Shown here: piece by piece, positions 43,101 to 55,473 of the stretch
Layout of the letters: every line of letters begins with the position of its first letter
How positions within the stretch are numbered: position 1 is the stretch's first letter
Source of the DNA: Auanema rhodensis
Lineage: Eukaryota > Animalia > Nematoda
DNA: 64,000 nucleotides
Direction: 5' to 3'
Assembly (NCBI GenBank): GCA_964057225.1
Contig: OZ059899.1
Coordinates: 14,508,001-14,572,000, forward strand
Translations under genes and position numbers: made by a program
The notes under the pieces: model-generated
What the model was told of the DNA's origin: nothing
Seen by the model: the letters and a program-made list of their open reading frames with translations, nothing else
Database searches by the model: none

Positions 43101-44976
43101 AATACTACATGTAAGAATATGGAACAACAAGCTGAATGTTCTTGCGATGCTGGATTTACTGATATCAGGTATGCTGTAGATCGACTAGAATATACATATA
43201 TAATTAAATTCGTGATTATAGAAAGAGTGAGAAACGTACCATGCTTGGATTAACAGATGATACTCTCTGTCTTCATGTACGAGATGTTGACGAATGTGCA
43301 CTTGGATTAACTAACTGCTCAGGTTTGTTTTTCTTTATACATCTTAGTTTCATCATGAATATTTAGGTGTTGCTCAATGTATTGATAGAACTATTGGATA
43401 CACATGTAAATGTCCTGATGGTTATATTGATGGTAATCCTGATGAGCCTGGAAGAGTTTGCGGAGCTTTACTCTGCGATCTTTGTAATAGTCACGGTGAC
43501 TGTGTGCATAATGCTGAAACTAAAAATATCACATGCGTCTGTACAGATGGATGGACTGGAGAATTCTGTCAAGTAAGCATTTCAGTTTAACTTATTCAGC
43601 ATGAAATTGTAATTTAGGTTGCTCCATCAAATGCTTCTCTCATTTTACTTATCCTTTTGGCTCTTCTTTTCTTGTTATTAGCCTTATGCTGTCTTTTGTA
43701 TCTCTGCACTAAGTGTCATTGCTTCAAAGGACGACGGGGTGCAGGAGCCTTCGGATACAGGTATATAACACAACGCTCATGCAATTTATTCAATGTTGTA
43801 CTTCAGACGTGGTGGAGCATGGCCTTGGTCAACCTTAGAAGGATCATCTTCTTCCGAAAGCGGAGCTGAGTTCTCAGGAATGAGTGCAGGACATGAGTAC
43901 TATCCAGATATCGGAATTCCACGCGCTAAGCTGAAGGTTCAGTAGTTTTTTGCATTCATGTGTAAACAACAATATTTCAGGGTGAAGCCAACAGTTTCAG
44001 TAACGTACAGCAAAATATGGATGTTGCTCGCTTGAATTCATATTTGGATGAAGGTAATACATTAGAATTTATGTTATTTGTTAGTATTGAATGTGTCATC
44101 TTGTGTCCACTTCCCCTGTCATCATCTATGTTGTTCATCACAACTCAACTCCTAACCTTTAGGAGTAGCAAACATGGCCAAATATTCTGATATTTCCAAA
44201 AAGAAAGGAAATATGAATTCTGAACACTTTTCTGAGTGTATAGAAGAAGAATCTTATTCAAATGTACGCAATGAATCAAATGAAAGAAATTCATCAGAAT
44301 TAATTGTTGACATTGTGGATGCCGGAGGTTTGATAGCATTCCCGTACTTATTGGGGTAGCTATGATAACACATAGATATTACCGCTTTTAACTAAATCTA
44401 GCCTAGACTCTCTGCTACTCTCTATTGCTATTGCTCCTTCTTTAACATGTTTTCAATTTTATTTTAACTCCTATTCTTTCAGCTGTACGAATTCCTCGCG
44501 CCCATCTTGGATCAGGCGGAGTAGCTAATGATTCATTTGATAATATGTCAACTTCAAGTGGATACACCATTGAAGAAGAAGTTGAACGAAAGGTTATCAC
44601 CGATGTAACAACCAAGGAAATCAAGACTGTTACAACAACTGATGCATCTGGCAATACAGTGACTACTACATCTGAATGCACTGTACATCCTTCGGAGCGC
44701 ACTGTTTCGGTTAGTGCTAATCTTCGAGAATCTCTTCTTTTCAAGCCTTTCTTACTATAAACTATGCATCTTTTTCAGAATAAGGGAGCTTCTTCATTCG
44801 CTGAGAGTGGAGCATATGCTTATGGTTCTGAAGAGAAAGAACGAAGTGAAAGCATAGCAGAATATTCGGTAAAATAAAATTATGTAGAATATGAAGCATA
44901 ATCAACTTGATTTCAGGAAGAAGAGGAAGAGATCGTCACTAGTCGTGTTACATCATCGACGACCAAAACCCATTAA
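18016..44976 (+). CDS. mua-3: Transmembrane cell-matrix adhesion receptor MUA-3 (hemidesmosome / fibrous organelle)
   Basis: Signal peptide and LDL-A in exon 1 (18016-18256); four more LDL-A exons at 23.9-24.5 kb; dozens of Ca-EGF repeats (NEC...C...D.S...PGR.C); vWA domain KTDLVFLIDGSGSIGSYVF...; two SEA modules; TM helix; cytoplasmic tail ending ...SSTTKTH* (TAA 44974-44976). LDL-A repeats and the vWA sequence favour mua-3 over the paralog mup-4. Confidence 0.93.
18535..18585. repeat. (TC)n microsatellite, mua-3 intron 1
   Basis: Perfect dinucleotide run. Confidence 0.95.
20851..20888. repeat. (CT)n microsatellite
   Basis: Perfect dinucleotide run. Confidence 0.95.
22035..22097. repeat. 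(AG)n microsatellite
   Basis: About 31 perfect units. Confidence 0.95.
23900..24527 (+). other. mua-3: mua-3 LDL-receptor class A repeats 2-5, one module per phase-1 exon
   Basis: Exons encode CLPWQYDC...DCFSALDE, CPSHYFVC...DCKDRSDE, CLQGYFPC...DCPDSSDE and CTVSQLTC...DCEDGSDE. Confidence 0.9.
28576..28633 (+). CDS. mua-3: Putative internal alternative first exon of mua-3 encoding a signal peptide
   Basis: ATG 28576, MYCHLLTGYCLLIGLSFTL+G, strong donor G|gtaagc. Phase 1 matches the exon at 28917, giving ...SFTLG-SNPCQDYSLHDC. Confidence 0.65.
35415..36105 (+). other. mua-3: mua-3 von Willebrand A domain (MIDAS DGSGS), split by three short introns
   Basis: DLVFLIDGSGS ... TRTGAAIQHM ... 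AIILTDGRSQD ... FAIGV. Confidence 0.92.
41602..42746 (+). other. mua-3: mua-3 tandem SEA modules
   Basis: Two Cys-poor ~120-aa units (LQIRVVSRDSKPLLYSSEFGS...; VPLWVMRKEKTNLVYNDTFSNP...) between EGF blocks, at the position expected for MUA-3/MUP-4. Confidence 0.8.
43639..43707 (+). other. mua-3: mua-3 transmembrane helix
   Basis: LILLILLALLFLLLALCCLLYLC followed by TKCHCFKGRR (positive-inside). Confidence 0.9.
44163..44327 (+). CDS. mua-3: Candidate cassette exon (55 aa) in the MUA-3 cytoplasmic tail
   Basis: ctaacctttag acceptor, 165 nt open in frame, phase 1-1, donor GAG|gtttga. Flanking introns are ~110 and ~155 nt versus ~50 nt for neighbours. Confidence 0.6.
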
Positions 44977-45603
44977 TGTTTTACGTGTTGACTGTGTTGT
45001 TCTCAAATTTAATATTGCTCACGCCATATAGGATGATTTGTTTTTGTCTTTATAAGATTATTTAGAAATTTGTTTACTAAGTTGTACCCTTCATATCATG
45101 TATATTTTTATAAGATTCGGTGATTCAAACTTGTGTGTTATAAACAATAATATAAATTATAAATTAAGCAATAATACTTAGATTCTAATAAATGTTTATA
45201 TAAAAAACAATGATTTACTGATAATAATTTATTCGAAAAAGGGAGAAATTTCTTTTTCTTCTGGAAAAAAAACTGGCAATAACATGGCAAAGCATATGAA
45301 CAGGCTCGTCCGCGAAATCGCAATCACTTGAATGTCTAATTCTGAATCAAAGATCTAGCGACTTCATGTAACACTTCTCCAGCTAGTTCTAATCTTTTAG
45401 AAAACAATAAAGATGTTTTTATCTCCACGTAGTCATATTCTACGTACACATTTTGAATCAATCATACAATTGCGTACGGCGTTGCAAAATTTTTTAAATT
45501 CCTTCACTTTACTTAGACCTCTCTACTTAACACCTACAATATCCAATTACTCAGGGAATAAAACTTTCTTTAATAGCATTAGATTATATGTAAAGAACCT
45601 ATT

Positions 45604-47781
45604 ATGATTCTATTACTTATTTATTCTGTATTACTAACTGCTTCAGCGTTTGAAGTTGATGATCCATGCTCTGCAAAACTTCGAAGTAAGTTCTGAACTT
45701 CGGGAAATCCTTTTTTTCATGTAATTATAGTTCTTGGTGAATCTCCTATTCATATCGCTGCTAAACCCGAATCAAGCTTGGAAATTTTCGTGCATGAAGG
45801 GGGATTATATAGCCCAGTCAGAGCCTTCTGCGATGTGTTCCTAGTAACTAACCTGACTGATCCTGATAGCTATAACTTGTATCAAGTAAGGTTATTTATT
45901 GAACTTTCCGCTATTGAAATTGTACATTTCCAGGGACCCAATTGTTCTGCTGTTGTAGAAGAATATCAGCATGACAATAGGCTTTTTGGCTATCTGAAGA
46001 GTGTAAGCTCTTGGCGAAACCACCATCTCCAACCCTTCAACAGTACCGTCGTGGGAGTGGATACATCTCTACCGTACACAATTTCAGTTAAAACATGGAG
46101 TAAGATTTGCGTGTAAACATTGTAAATACTAAATGCATTCATTCAGAAATCAATTACATTCGTTTGGGAGTTTTCGTTGGAGGAATCTTACTGTTCTTAT
46201 TCTCGTCCAGTCTCGTAAGGAATACACTTTTCTATTATTCAAGTGGTTGTGGCTTTGGTGTACTTGCTTCTCTACTATTAGTTGCATTTATCGTATGGCG
46301 TGTAGCACCTAAGGTAATTTCAAAGGAACTTATAAGTAAGATCTTCTTGTGTTCTGCAGAAAACGATAGGAATCCCGATTATTCTCGGAGGTTGGTCAGT
46401 ATCCTTGTATATGCTTCACTTTGCTTGGAATAATTTATCATCCGTTTTATTACAATATCAAAAGTTTGTGGCTGCTTACTTTGTATGTTGTGTTGTAGTA
46501 TAAGTATTATGTATTAATTTTTTTCGTATTCTAGATTACTGTTCTCTTAGTTTCATTTGCTGTTTGCTATAAGAAGGGTCCACCTACAGATGCCCGATCT
46601 CATGATATTGCTCAATGGACATTGCAATTAATTGCTCTTATTGCTATATACTTTTCAACTCAGGCAACTAAATATTCCTTGTAAAGTATGGTAATCAATG
46701 ATGTCTTCAGGTTCCCGAAGTTTCGTTAGCAGTAATGGCTGTATTAGTTTTCCATCAACTTACTAAGTCATGGTTGTGGTCTACATGTTTCAAAATCTCA
46801 AACATATTGGCATATATATGGTATAGATTTTCATTTTTGAAATCAAGTATATAAGCATTTTGAAGGAGAAAGTTGTTCCCAGTTCATCCACGTTTACTTA
46901 GCATTGAAGAATATGAAAATCAGAAGAAGGAGACAACTGAGAAAGAATTAAGCAAGTTGAGAAGCTATTGTAGAAGCCGCGATGTTGATGCTTGGAAACT
47001 TACAAATTCTGTTAAGAATCCCAAAAAGTATTTGTTTAATTGGTTTTCGTGCTGTCATTGTTTTCTATAGATTGGCAAGATTTATTGATGGAGCTGAAGA
47101 TCACATTTCTGACGAAGAGCATTTGATTCATGAACGCGAAGGAGATCTACTTGAACGGTTATTATCACTCAACTATGCAATATGAATCTTTAATTCTTAG
47201 AAATTCGGAAGAGTTTCTGACTGAAGAACCTACTACAGAAGAATGGGAGGAAGAAATCATCTACCGACGAACACCGAAAACTAAGAAAGGCGGCCTAGCC
47301 ACGTATGTATTTCAGAAATAATTTTTTTTTAATTTTCAACTAACAGAAAAAGTCTTTCTTATCCAAGTTTTGTTCCAGATCTACTTCTATTCGGTTATCT
47401 CGAGGAGTTTCTGCTCGATTGTTAGCGGAGAGACTAGCTGCATCAGCCGGCCAAACTAAGCCCAGCTCTCGCTTGGCTAGTAAGCCTCATCGTCATTCAA
47501 TCGCTTCCAGTGCAACTGGGTAAGCATTAAACTTGAATGAAAACATCTGTGTTATTTATTTTCAGCTTACCTCCACGTCCAGAATCGAAGACGTCCACCA
47601 ATTCTCAAAAACGAAAAATTAAAACCAGGTTCTAAGCTTTAGTAATTGTGTGTTCCATCTTTTTATGCCTCATTTTTACAGCAAGCAGAAGTCTGAATAC
47701 TTTAGTTCTGATTCCGAACGTGATTATGGATCGGGAAGTAATCGCGATATTTCTGAATTCAGTGACGAAGGAAGGATGTGA
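45604..47781 (+). CDS. nemp-1: Nuclear envelope integral membrane protein NEMP1/TMEM194 homolog
   Basis: Signal peptide MILLLILFCITNCFSA; multi-TM core with FYYSSGCGFGVLASLLLVAFIVWRVAPKK and CYKKGPP; post-TM RLLSIEEYENQKKETTEKELSKLRSYCRS..AWKL..VKNPKKLARFIDG, all characteristic NEMP motifs. Stop TGA at 47779-47781. Confidence 0.88.
46664..46710 (+). other. Non-canonical GC-AG intron (47 nt) in nemp-1
   Basis: CAG|gcaact...cttcag|GTT is the only junction I found that keeps YFSTQ-VPEVSL in frame. Nearby GT donors cause frameshifts or a stop. Confidence 0.7.
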
Positions 47782-48001
47782 GCATTTAGTCTTTCAAACA
47801 ATTCCATATGCCATTTATTTATTTTTTTTCTTCGCTCCGGAATTATTTATTGCCTTCACCGAAATATGATTTAGAGGATATACCGATCTCTCATTGCCTT
47901 ATTATAATTCTAACCATTATTTGTTTATATATTTCAGTTGTGACTTTTGAATAGCCGGTTATATTGCTAAGTTTTATGAATGTTTTAGTTTTTTTCTAGA
48001 G

Positions 48002-48120
48002 AATAAAGGGTATCTGCTGTAATTTTTATTTTTTTTTAATTCGAATTGTTTGTAAATTTCAATCTATCCATATTTAATTTTCAATGATAATTGGTAATTA
48101 AAAGTTCATCTCTGTTACAG
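48002..48120 (+). promoter_or_regulatory. Operon-type intercistronic region: poly(A) signal, U-rich element and trans-splice acceptor directly before the mat-3 ATG
   Basis: AATAAA at 48002-48007, T-rich tract ~48023-48040, tgttacag|ATG at 48120/48121. About 100 nt from likely cleavage site to acceptor. Confidence 0.6.
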
Positions 48121-50736
48121 ATGGAGGATGCTTTGATGTCATCCGTTTCCAAGGATGCTCGGCAGGATTATTGTCCCGAAGAGATCATGAATGAACTCCA
48201 ATGGTTGTACAATGAAGCCGAAGCGAGAATGATGACGGACACAGTAAAATGGTAAATTTACCTTCTTTCTGCTAATGGGTTTACACATCTTCTGCTTTGA
48301 GGGTAAATGAAATAATCTTGCACCTACCTGAAAATTGGCTTGTAGATTACGAAAAGAATAATGTTGATACAAAGACAGTTCGTTGCTTTTATTTTGATTC
48401 AGAGGTTGTTGATGATGTGTTTCCAGAATCAGCCATCAAACCTATTTTCTCGAGCAAGCAGAGTGTTCCGGATGGGAAAATCTATGTTAGAAACAAGAGA
48501 TTTTGTTCGAGCAGCCTTCTATCTTAAACAAATTGAAAATGAAAATTGTGTTTGTAAATTTATGTATTATTGGAGCAGATATTTGGTAAGTTTCTTTCAA
48601 GTTTTTCTTTAAAAACTGAATATTGTCAGGGTTGTGTACGTGAACAATCAGAAAATGATGCTGAATCCTTTGACAAACGAGTGTCAATAACAAATCCTGA
48701 ACCGCCTATTACAGCTAAAGAACTTCTGAATGTGAGTATTTAAATTGAAAACATTGTAAATTCAAGTGATTCTTACAGGATATGTTGAATGATAAAAAAG
48801 AAAATGGACATCTACACGATTCTTTCTTCAATTACTTGTAATATCAACTTACAACCGATATCCTGATGTTTTTTTATGTTTAGATTAGCCAGAGTTCAAA
48901 TACTTATGGGAATGTATGATGCTGGATACGATTCCCTTAAGAGTGTTGTAAAGGAGGAGCCAAGATTATGGCCAGCTTGGGAAGAGATGGTCAACGTTAT
49001 ACCCAAGTATGAAGTAAGGACTCTTACTTTTCTTTGTTTATTCATTATTTTGCTTTCAGTTCACAAATGTTTCTGATCTATGTTTCTCAAATAATTCCAT
49101 TCCGTGGATTTTTACTTGGTTCACAGCTTTATATTGCAAGCGGTTCCAGCTGTTTAGGTTCGTGTTATTATATTCGTCTTGTATTTATTGTCTTAAAATT
49201 CAGAGAAGGAATTGCTAGAGCTGAAGCGTTAGTCAAAGTATTTGGTGATTTACCTCAACTTCTCTCATTAATTGGTGCTTGCTATAATCATGCTTTGGGT
49301 ACTTAATTGGTTTCATTGTTTTTGAAAAAAAAAACATTTCAGATCATACCGAATCTGTCAAATATTTCAAACGTCTTAACGAACTTGATCCATACAGACT
49401 TGAAAATATGCATTTATATTCAGATTCTCTATTTTGCAAGGTAATGAATCTTTCTTTTTTGGATAATATTTCCATTATTCTAGGGAGAGAGAGTTGCTCT
49501 TACTGCTTTATCTCATACTTTCTTTAAAACTCACAAATTCACTTGGGAAGCTTGTTGTGTTGTTGGTAGGATTCTTTTTTCTTCATTTTTTTCTCTATTG
49601 TATTATATTTACAGGTAACTTCTATAATATGAGACAAGAACATGAACAAGCTATTCGATTCTTCCAACGTGCTTCTCGACTGAATCCTACTGTAGCCAGT
49701 ATTTGGGTTCTTATTGGACACGAATTCCTAGAATTGAAGAATAATGCTGCAGCATGCTTAGCCTATAGACGAGCTACAGGTATGAAGTATTTCTCTCTTA
49801 CTTCTGAATACGCTCTGGTATTCATGTTTTAGAAGTTGACCCAGTAGATTTCCGTGGCTGGTATTCATTAGGTCAGATGTATGATATTTTGAAGATGTCT
49901 ACCTACGCTTTATACTACTATCAACAAGCTCACAAGTGCAGGTTTTGCATTTTGCGGTTCAAAAATCGTCTTATGTGCTTTGGTTTAGTCCTCATGATTC
50001 GAGAATTTTGGTTGCACTTGGCGTTGCTTATACCCACATCGGTAGGATGAAAGATGCTCAGAAATGTTTTGCTACCGCCTTCGAATATGGAGATGTTGAG
50101 GGAAATGCTTTATGGCATCTGGCTAAGTATTTCTTTTTTGTTCCCAAATTCTCATTATCTTTTTCAATTAAGACTATTCGAAAAAGAGGGTCAATTGCCT
50201 AAAGCTGCTAGAGTTTATGAAGAATATCTGTCAACTTATGATGGCACACGAATGGAAGTTAGTGCTTTGATTTTGAAAATTTTCATCTTTGACGCTGGCA
50301 CGAAAGCAATTTCAATTAACGTTTTAAGGAATACGATGAGAATGCTACACACATTATACGTTTCTTAGCTAAATACTATTGCAATACCGGTGATCTCAGT
50401 AAAGCTACTGATTATGCCCAACGTTGTCTACAACATGAAGCGGTTAGAAAATCTCATATTTATCTCGAAAGATGTTTTTTCTCAGACATGTGAGGAAGGA
50501 AGAGCTGTTCTCCGCGATGTTAACCAAAAAAATAGCGCAATTCTCATGGACGTTGAAGCAACACCTGCTCGTGGCGATCTGGCCGTACCCAATACTCCTC
50601 TCGCGTAAGCTTTTCAGAATTCTATTTATTATTTTTCAAATTCTCTCCGAAAATACAGTATTCCATAATTTTCAGTAATAACTTGTCGGATACAGATATG
50701 GCAGTCTCTGATGGAGAAGACGTATCCTTTGATTGA
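48121..50736 (+). CDS. mat-3: Anaphase-promoting complex subunit CDC23/APC8 (TPR protein)
   Basis: N-terminal ELQWL...KWVNE and GKSMLETRDFVRAAFYL; TPRs DPYRLENMHLYSDSL, WEACCVVGNFYNMRQEHEQAIRFFQRASRLNP, WVLIGHEFLELKNNAAA, DFRGWYSLGQMYDILKM, PHDSRILVALG. Stop at 50734-50736, AATAAA at 50812-50817. Confidence 0.92.
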
Positions 50737-51207
50737 TCTCATACACTTTATATTTCCTTCTTCCCTGTTATATGCCTGATCTACTAGTTGTCATTGGAAA
50801 CGATTTAAAATAATAAATTTACTTGTATATACTCGTTTATTTTGGAAGGATCTTCACACAAAGGAAAGGTAGAGAGCAAACGAGAGACAGATTGGCGGAA
50901 CACAGCATTTCATCGGGTTCTCTTTGCCTTTTCGTTGGCTTTTGCCTGTCCCAGTCTCCCGCAGCGATAATGAACGTATAGAAAAGAGATAAGTTGTGAT
51001 GAGAATGCAGTTTCCTGCGAAATGCCAATCAGTGCGCTTTTCGTCTGTTTGTAGGCTCACACCTGAGCTTGGAGGACGACAAGCAATTCGCGGCTCTCTG
51101 TGTTATATGCTACTGTAGCAGCATTCAGCTCATCGACGTTGTTGTCTTCGTTGTGTGGTGAAGCTTTATCGCGGCGGCATCCCTGACGAGATTGGTTGTG
51201 TGGATCG

Positions 51208-51340
51208 ATGGCTAGCGAACAGCGTTACAAGAGTCGGGCTCTTTATCCGAATATATCTGATATGCTGTTCGGTGGTCATCAACCACCACCACCCCCACCG
51301 CCACCACTGGTCTCGAATTGGGAGATGGACTCATCTACAG
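51208..51340 (+). CDS. Probable first coding exon of an unidentified + strand gene (polyproline N-terminus)
   Basis: tttgtag acceptor ending at 51054, in-frame stops upstream, ATG 51208 MASEQRYKSRALYPNISDMLFGGHQPPPPPPPPLVSNWEMDSST, donor CAG|gttggt. Locally GC-rich. Confidence 0.5.
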
Positions 51341-53613
51341 GTTGGTTCTAATTTATTCGATTTTTACATTGAAGAACCTGTTTGATCAGCTCGATTTCCA
51401 AATTATCACTGTTGTCATTTGTGCTCGAGTTGATATTTCGAAATTAGCATATTACGTTATTCTAAAAAAAGTATTTGATTGCACGTGAATTACACGTGGT
51501 GCTTAGAATTTATCTTAGTTGTTAGCAGACGCGATGAAACGGTTGTTTATTAACCTTCTCTTTCTATTACTCTCTCTCTCTCTCTTGTTTATATTCTTAC
51601 TATCTATAGAAAAGCTTTTGTTCCAAGATCTGAGATCCAACGAGCAGTTATATCTTGTGAATGCTCATAATATACTTATTAAACAGCTATTTGTGCTATT
51701 CTTTTTGCATAATATAACTGAAATATGTAATCAGATTTCTTCGGCGTGCATTGTTTCGATTGCTTACTCGTCTGTGCAACACAGACAGACCACCATTATA
51801 ACTGACTGGGAATAATATGGAAAAAAAAAGAAACTGAAATTACATGAGTACCAGATTGAGAGTATGAACAGTTATTATTGCCTTAACATGTATCCGATTT
51901 GCTTCATCTTCTTCTCCTTCTTCGTCAGCTTCGTCTTTATTTCTTTTTTTTTTGTCGCCACACAAAAATGTGTGATTAGCTAGCAGCACAACATTTTTTG
52001 CAATTTGTTTCTCAGTTTTTCACAAAAATTTGCCTTCTTTTCCTCTTCACTATCTATTTTTTTGAAATCGTATGGTAATTTCGATTACTTTAGCACATAT
52101 AATTTCGTTTGAATTTTTATATTTTGCTCTATATATGGCATAACGTCCGTTTTTAGCCAGAATAATACTAATAGCACCCGGAAGAAAATCTGTGGAATGA
52201 GAGGCGTTTAAAACAAAGCTGCTGAAAAGTTTCAGCGGCATTAGTAGTCAGCCGTTTGAGGTTCTTTTGTGTTTTGCAATGTCATAACGTGAAATTTTAT
52301 GAACAAGTTAAACATATATACATCTGGTGTTTATTGGAAATTTCTGACTAATGTTCTGGATCTACGTACATAAATCAAAGTAGAGCAGCATTATTGAGAG
52401 ATTGAGCATCCTTGAAATAGCTTTGTTACTTAATACCCTGAGTTGGCGGTATGGTCCATTCATGAACTTCTTCAGTAATCAACATCTTTAATCTGCTGCC
52501 AGAGTTCTAGCTTACACACCGATCTTCACTGTCCTCTAAATCTTGATTTTTTTATTTTCATGCCTGAAGCAAATTAGTATTTTTGCTGTTCTGGCGATAT
52601 ACTAATTTGTTTTAAGGCACTAAAAAGAGATTATGGGTTACCAAAGTCTTATGATTCATCTATTTGCCAGATGTTTAAGACATGTCCCTTCATCCGGTTG
52701 TTAAAAAATGCAAATTGTTGTATCTCAATGTGTCTGTAGTATCGAAACTGCTGTGCTTGAACAGGCAGCTCATTCTAAGCTGTTTCGATTCAATCTTTTT
52801 TCCGATACGATGCCGCACTCCTCCAATCGTAAGTTTTAAACTTTTCTTGATGCATCATCCTGTGCTTCATAACCTTTATTGTCCTTCTTCCTGTTCGTGT
52901 TCGTTGCACACATTCCAACTCTGATCAGTAAAAGTGCTGTTAGCGTTAAGGAAGCTTCATAGTTTAGTCCAAAGGTTAAATGAGAAAATGATGAAGTTTG
53001 ATGCGGGAAAGCTTATTTACGACGGAATAGAAACTTGTTGTGAGCTTGGCACGGAATTTAGTTTGTGCCATGGTCAATCATTTTCATTTCAAAAGGATAA
53101 AAAAAGAAAATATTACTGAATTAGTAGGATTTTGAAGCCTTATTTTGTGATTTTCACCCAACTTTTACATGCCATTACCAATGCATATTACACAATTTCA
53201 ATATATATATATATATATATATATATGGTCAATTTAGTGAACTATACACGATGATTCACGATAGGATACGCTGAACAGCTTTCGTGCATAAGCAACGCTT
53301 TCACGAAACATTGGAATGTTATTCCAATAATTGTTGATCATTCCATTTAGTAAAGTATTTGACAAACTATAACTCAATTATCTAAATATGGTCATTAAAG
53401 AAGAAAAAAGAAGTATTTAGATTATAGTCAACCAATGATTAACAGCTGGAGTCCAACACACAAAAAAGCGCTTGTACGCAGATTCATATGCGTATGAGCA
53501 AATTGAACTCTTATAGATATGCATGTCTGCTTATATCTATCATGTCCTTTTTATCATTTTTTATAATTATGTATTGGTATTTACTTGTAGTTTATACGAA
53601 TAGTAATGTTAAT

Positions 53614-53652
53614 AACGTGAAATCCGCGTGAAATGAACGTGAAGTTCACGTG
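53614..53652. promoter_or_regulatory. Cluster of four CGTG / E-box-like motifs at exact 11-bp period
   Basis: CGTG at 53616, 53627, 53638 and 53649 (aacgtgaaatc cgcgtgaaatg aacgtgaagtt cacgtg). Confidence 0.45.
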
Positions 53653-55473
53653 TAGTGTCCAGTTTCATTTATTGTCTGCTGAAGTGCTGAATAGAACGGT
53701 TGTACACATCACTTTTCTTCTTCTGTTTTTACATTCCGTTCAGTTGGCGTTTTTTATTTCCTTTTTTACAGAAAAAAAAGAGAAATAAGTAATGAAACTT
53801 GAGAAAGAGAGTGACGGGGAGATACAGAGAGAGAGGGAAAGAGGGAATGAGCAATGTGTTTAATGTGTTTCAATTAAGAAGTTTCGTCTTCCTTCATCAT
53901 GCTAATATCAATTCTGCAGAGCAGAAAGTCATGATGATGCTCATCATCTTCTACTTCTCTTTTCCTTATGGCTAAGAAATAAAATATGATCTCATAGTTA
54001 ACTAACTAACTAACTATAGTATGGAAATGCGAAATAGACATACTTTGATCTTGATTCAACGTATCGGGTACTAGTCGTTCAAGCTCTATACATTCATGTT
54101 TTGGAATTCAAACTGAAATGTGCTACTATCCCATATACATACTCAAGATACACACGCTTGTAAATGCCTAAACACAACTAATGGCAACCAAAACACGAAT
54201 TCAGACAACAAAACCATTAAGACGATTTCAATCTCTATGTGATCTACTTTTTTCTTTGCTGATATTCTCGAATCATTTGACAAGCAAAGGAGGAAAGATA
54301 GAAGATCAAGCACATTTGGAAGAATATTTCGGCTTGTTCGATCAGAAAGCAACAGAAGCAAACAAATAAGCAAAAAAAACGGAAAATGAACAGAAGAGTG
54401 TCTATTGTTCTTATAATAAGTTAGAACTTAACGCATTTTTCAATTGAAGTTTCCTAAACTTCTAATATATTGTTTCCTTTCTTCCTTTCTTATTCTCTCT
54501 CTCTCTCCCCCTTCCTCTCTCATTCCCTCCCATAACTTCTTAATCCAATAGCCCCCTGTCTGTCTTTTGCTCTATTCATGAAATGTCCAAATTGCAGAAA
54601 CTTCTACTATCTTTTATTGTTCATAATTCTACAAAATATATGATTGAATATTCTTTATTCTAACCTTATTTAACAGACAAATTTCAATATTTGTTCCAAT
54701 CAGAATACATAAGTATATATCTAATTTACTTCCTTTCCTCGACTTTTTTTTATTAATTCCTCACACATACTCCTAAAAACTAAGAAGTTTTTCAACTTTA
54801 GCATGTACTAACTGTTGTTTCTTATGAAAATTGAAAGAAAACACCTATTTCAATAACACATACACACGTGCAAGTCAATATGGCTTGTCCTTTCTAATAC
54901 ATCACACACGGCTTCTCTGACAACAATATTCAGTCAGTGGAAAAGGGCCAATGAATTTGTGAATTGACTACTTGAGACTTTTCTGTTTCAAACCCCCCCC
55001 CCCCTCTCTTTTTCTTGCCCAAATGTTTGAAATCTTTGGTTTTATTAGAAAACTATTCATTTTTATCAGTTTGTTGGCTGAAACTTCATAAAAGTTGAGC
55101 ATTTCATGAGCATGTCTGGCCTTTCTTTTCAGCAGGTAGTGTTCATCTTTGATTCTCCAGCACGCCTGCTTCCAGCTTTAACCAGCTTGAACCAAATTAG
55201 AAATTTCCGGACTTAATCTGCAAAGTTCAAAAACGTTTATTTAAGAATAGATTGTAAAAGGTAGCAACAGCTTCAGTTATAATGATTACTGAACATTGAC
55301 AAATCAGAGGGAAATATCGCGCATTGGTGAAAATAAATAAACTTGTACATAGTGGATACGTAAAACGGCTAGTTAGTCAAGTTGAATCTTTACTCTTTTA
55401 AGTGATTTTTCCTCTTTATTCCGTCCTTTTCATCGACTTTATTTCCTTTTTTCCTCTGTACTATACTCTGCAG

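Noticed and set aside
18016-44976. Calling the large EGF gene fibrillin, Notch, LRP or mup-4
   Set aside because: No TB, LNR/ankyrin or YWTD domains were seen. LDL-A + EGF + vWA + 2 SEA + TM is the MUA-3 layout, and MUP-4 lacks LDL-A.
45310-45333. E2F/DREAM-like site (TTTCGCGG on the minus strand) upstream of nemp-1
   Set aside because: Single short match with non-canonical CHR spacing; cannot be distinguished from chance.
50837-51060. Minus-strand 63-68 aa ORFs after mat-3
   Set aside because: No supporting splice or domain evidence; more likely promoter or outron sequence of the + strand exon at 51208.
52330-52930. Coding-looking minus-strand stretch (possible pseudogene or transposon relic)
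   Set aside because: Every frame is interrupted by stops, and I recognised no protein family or terminal repeats.
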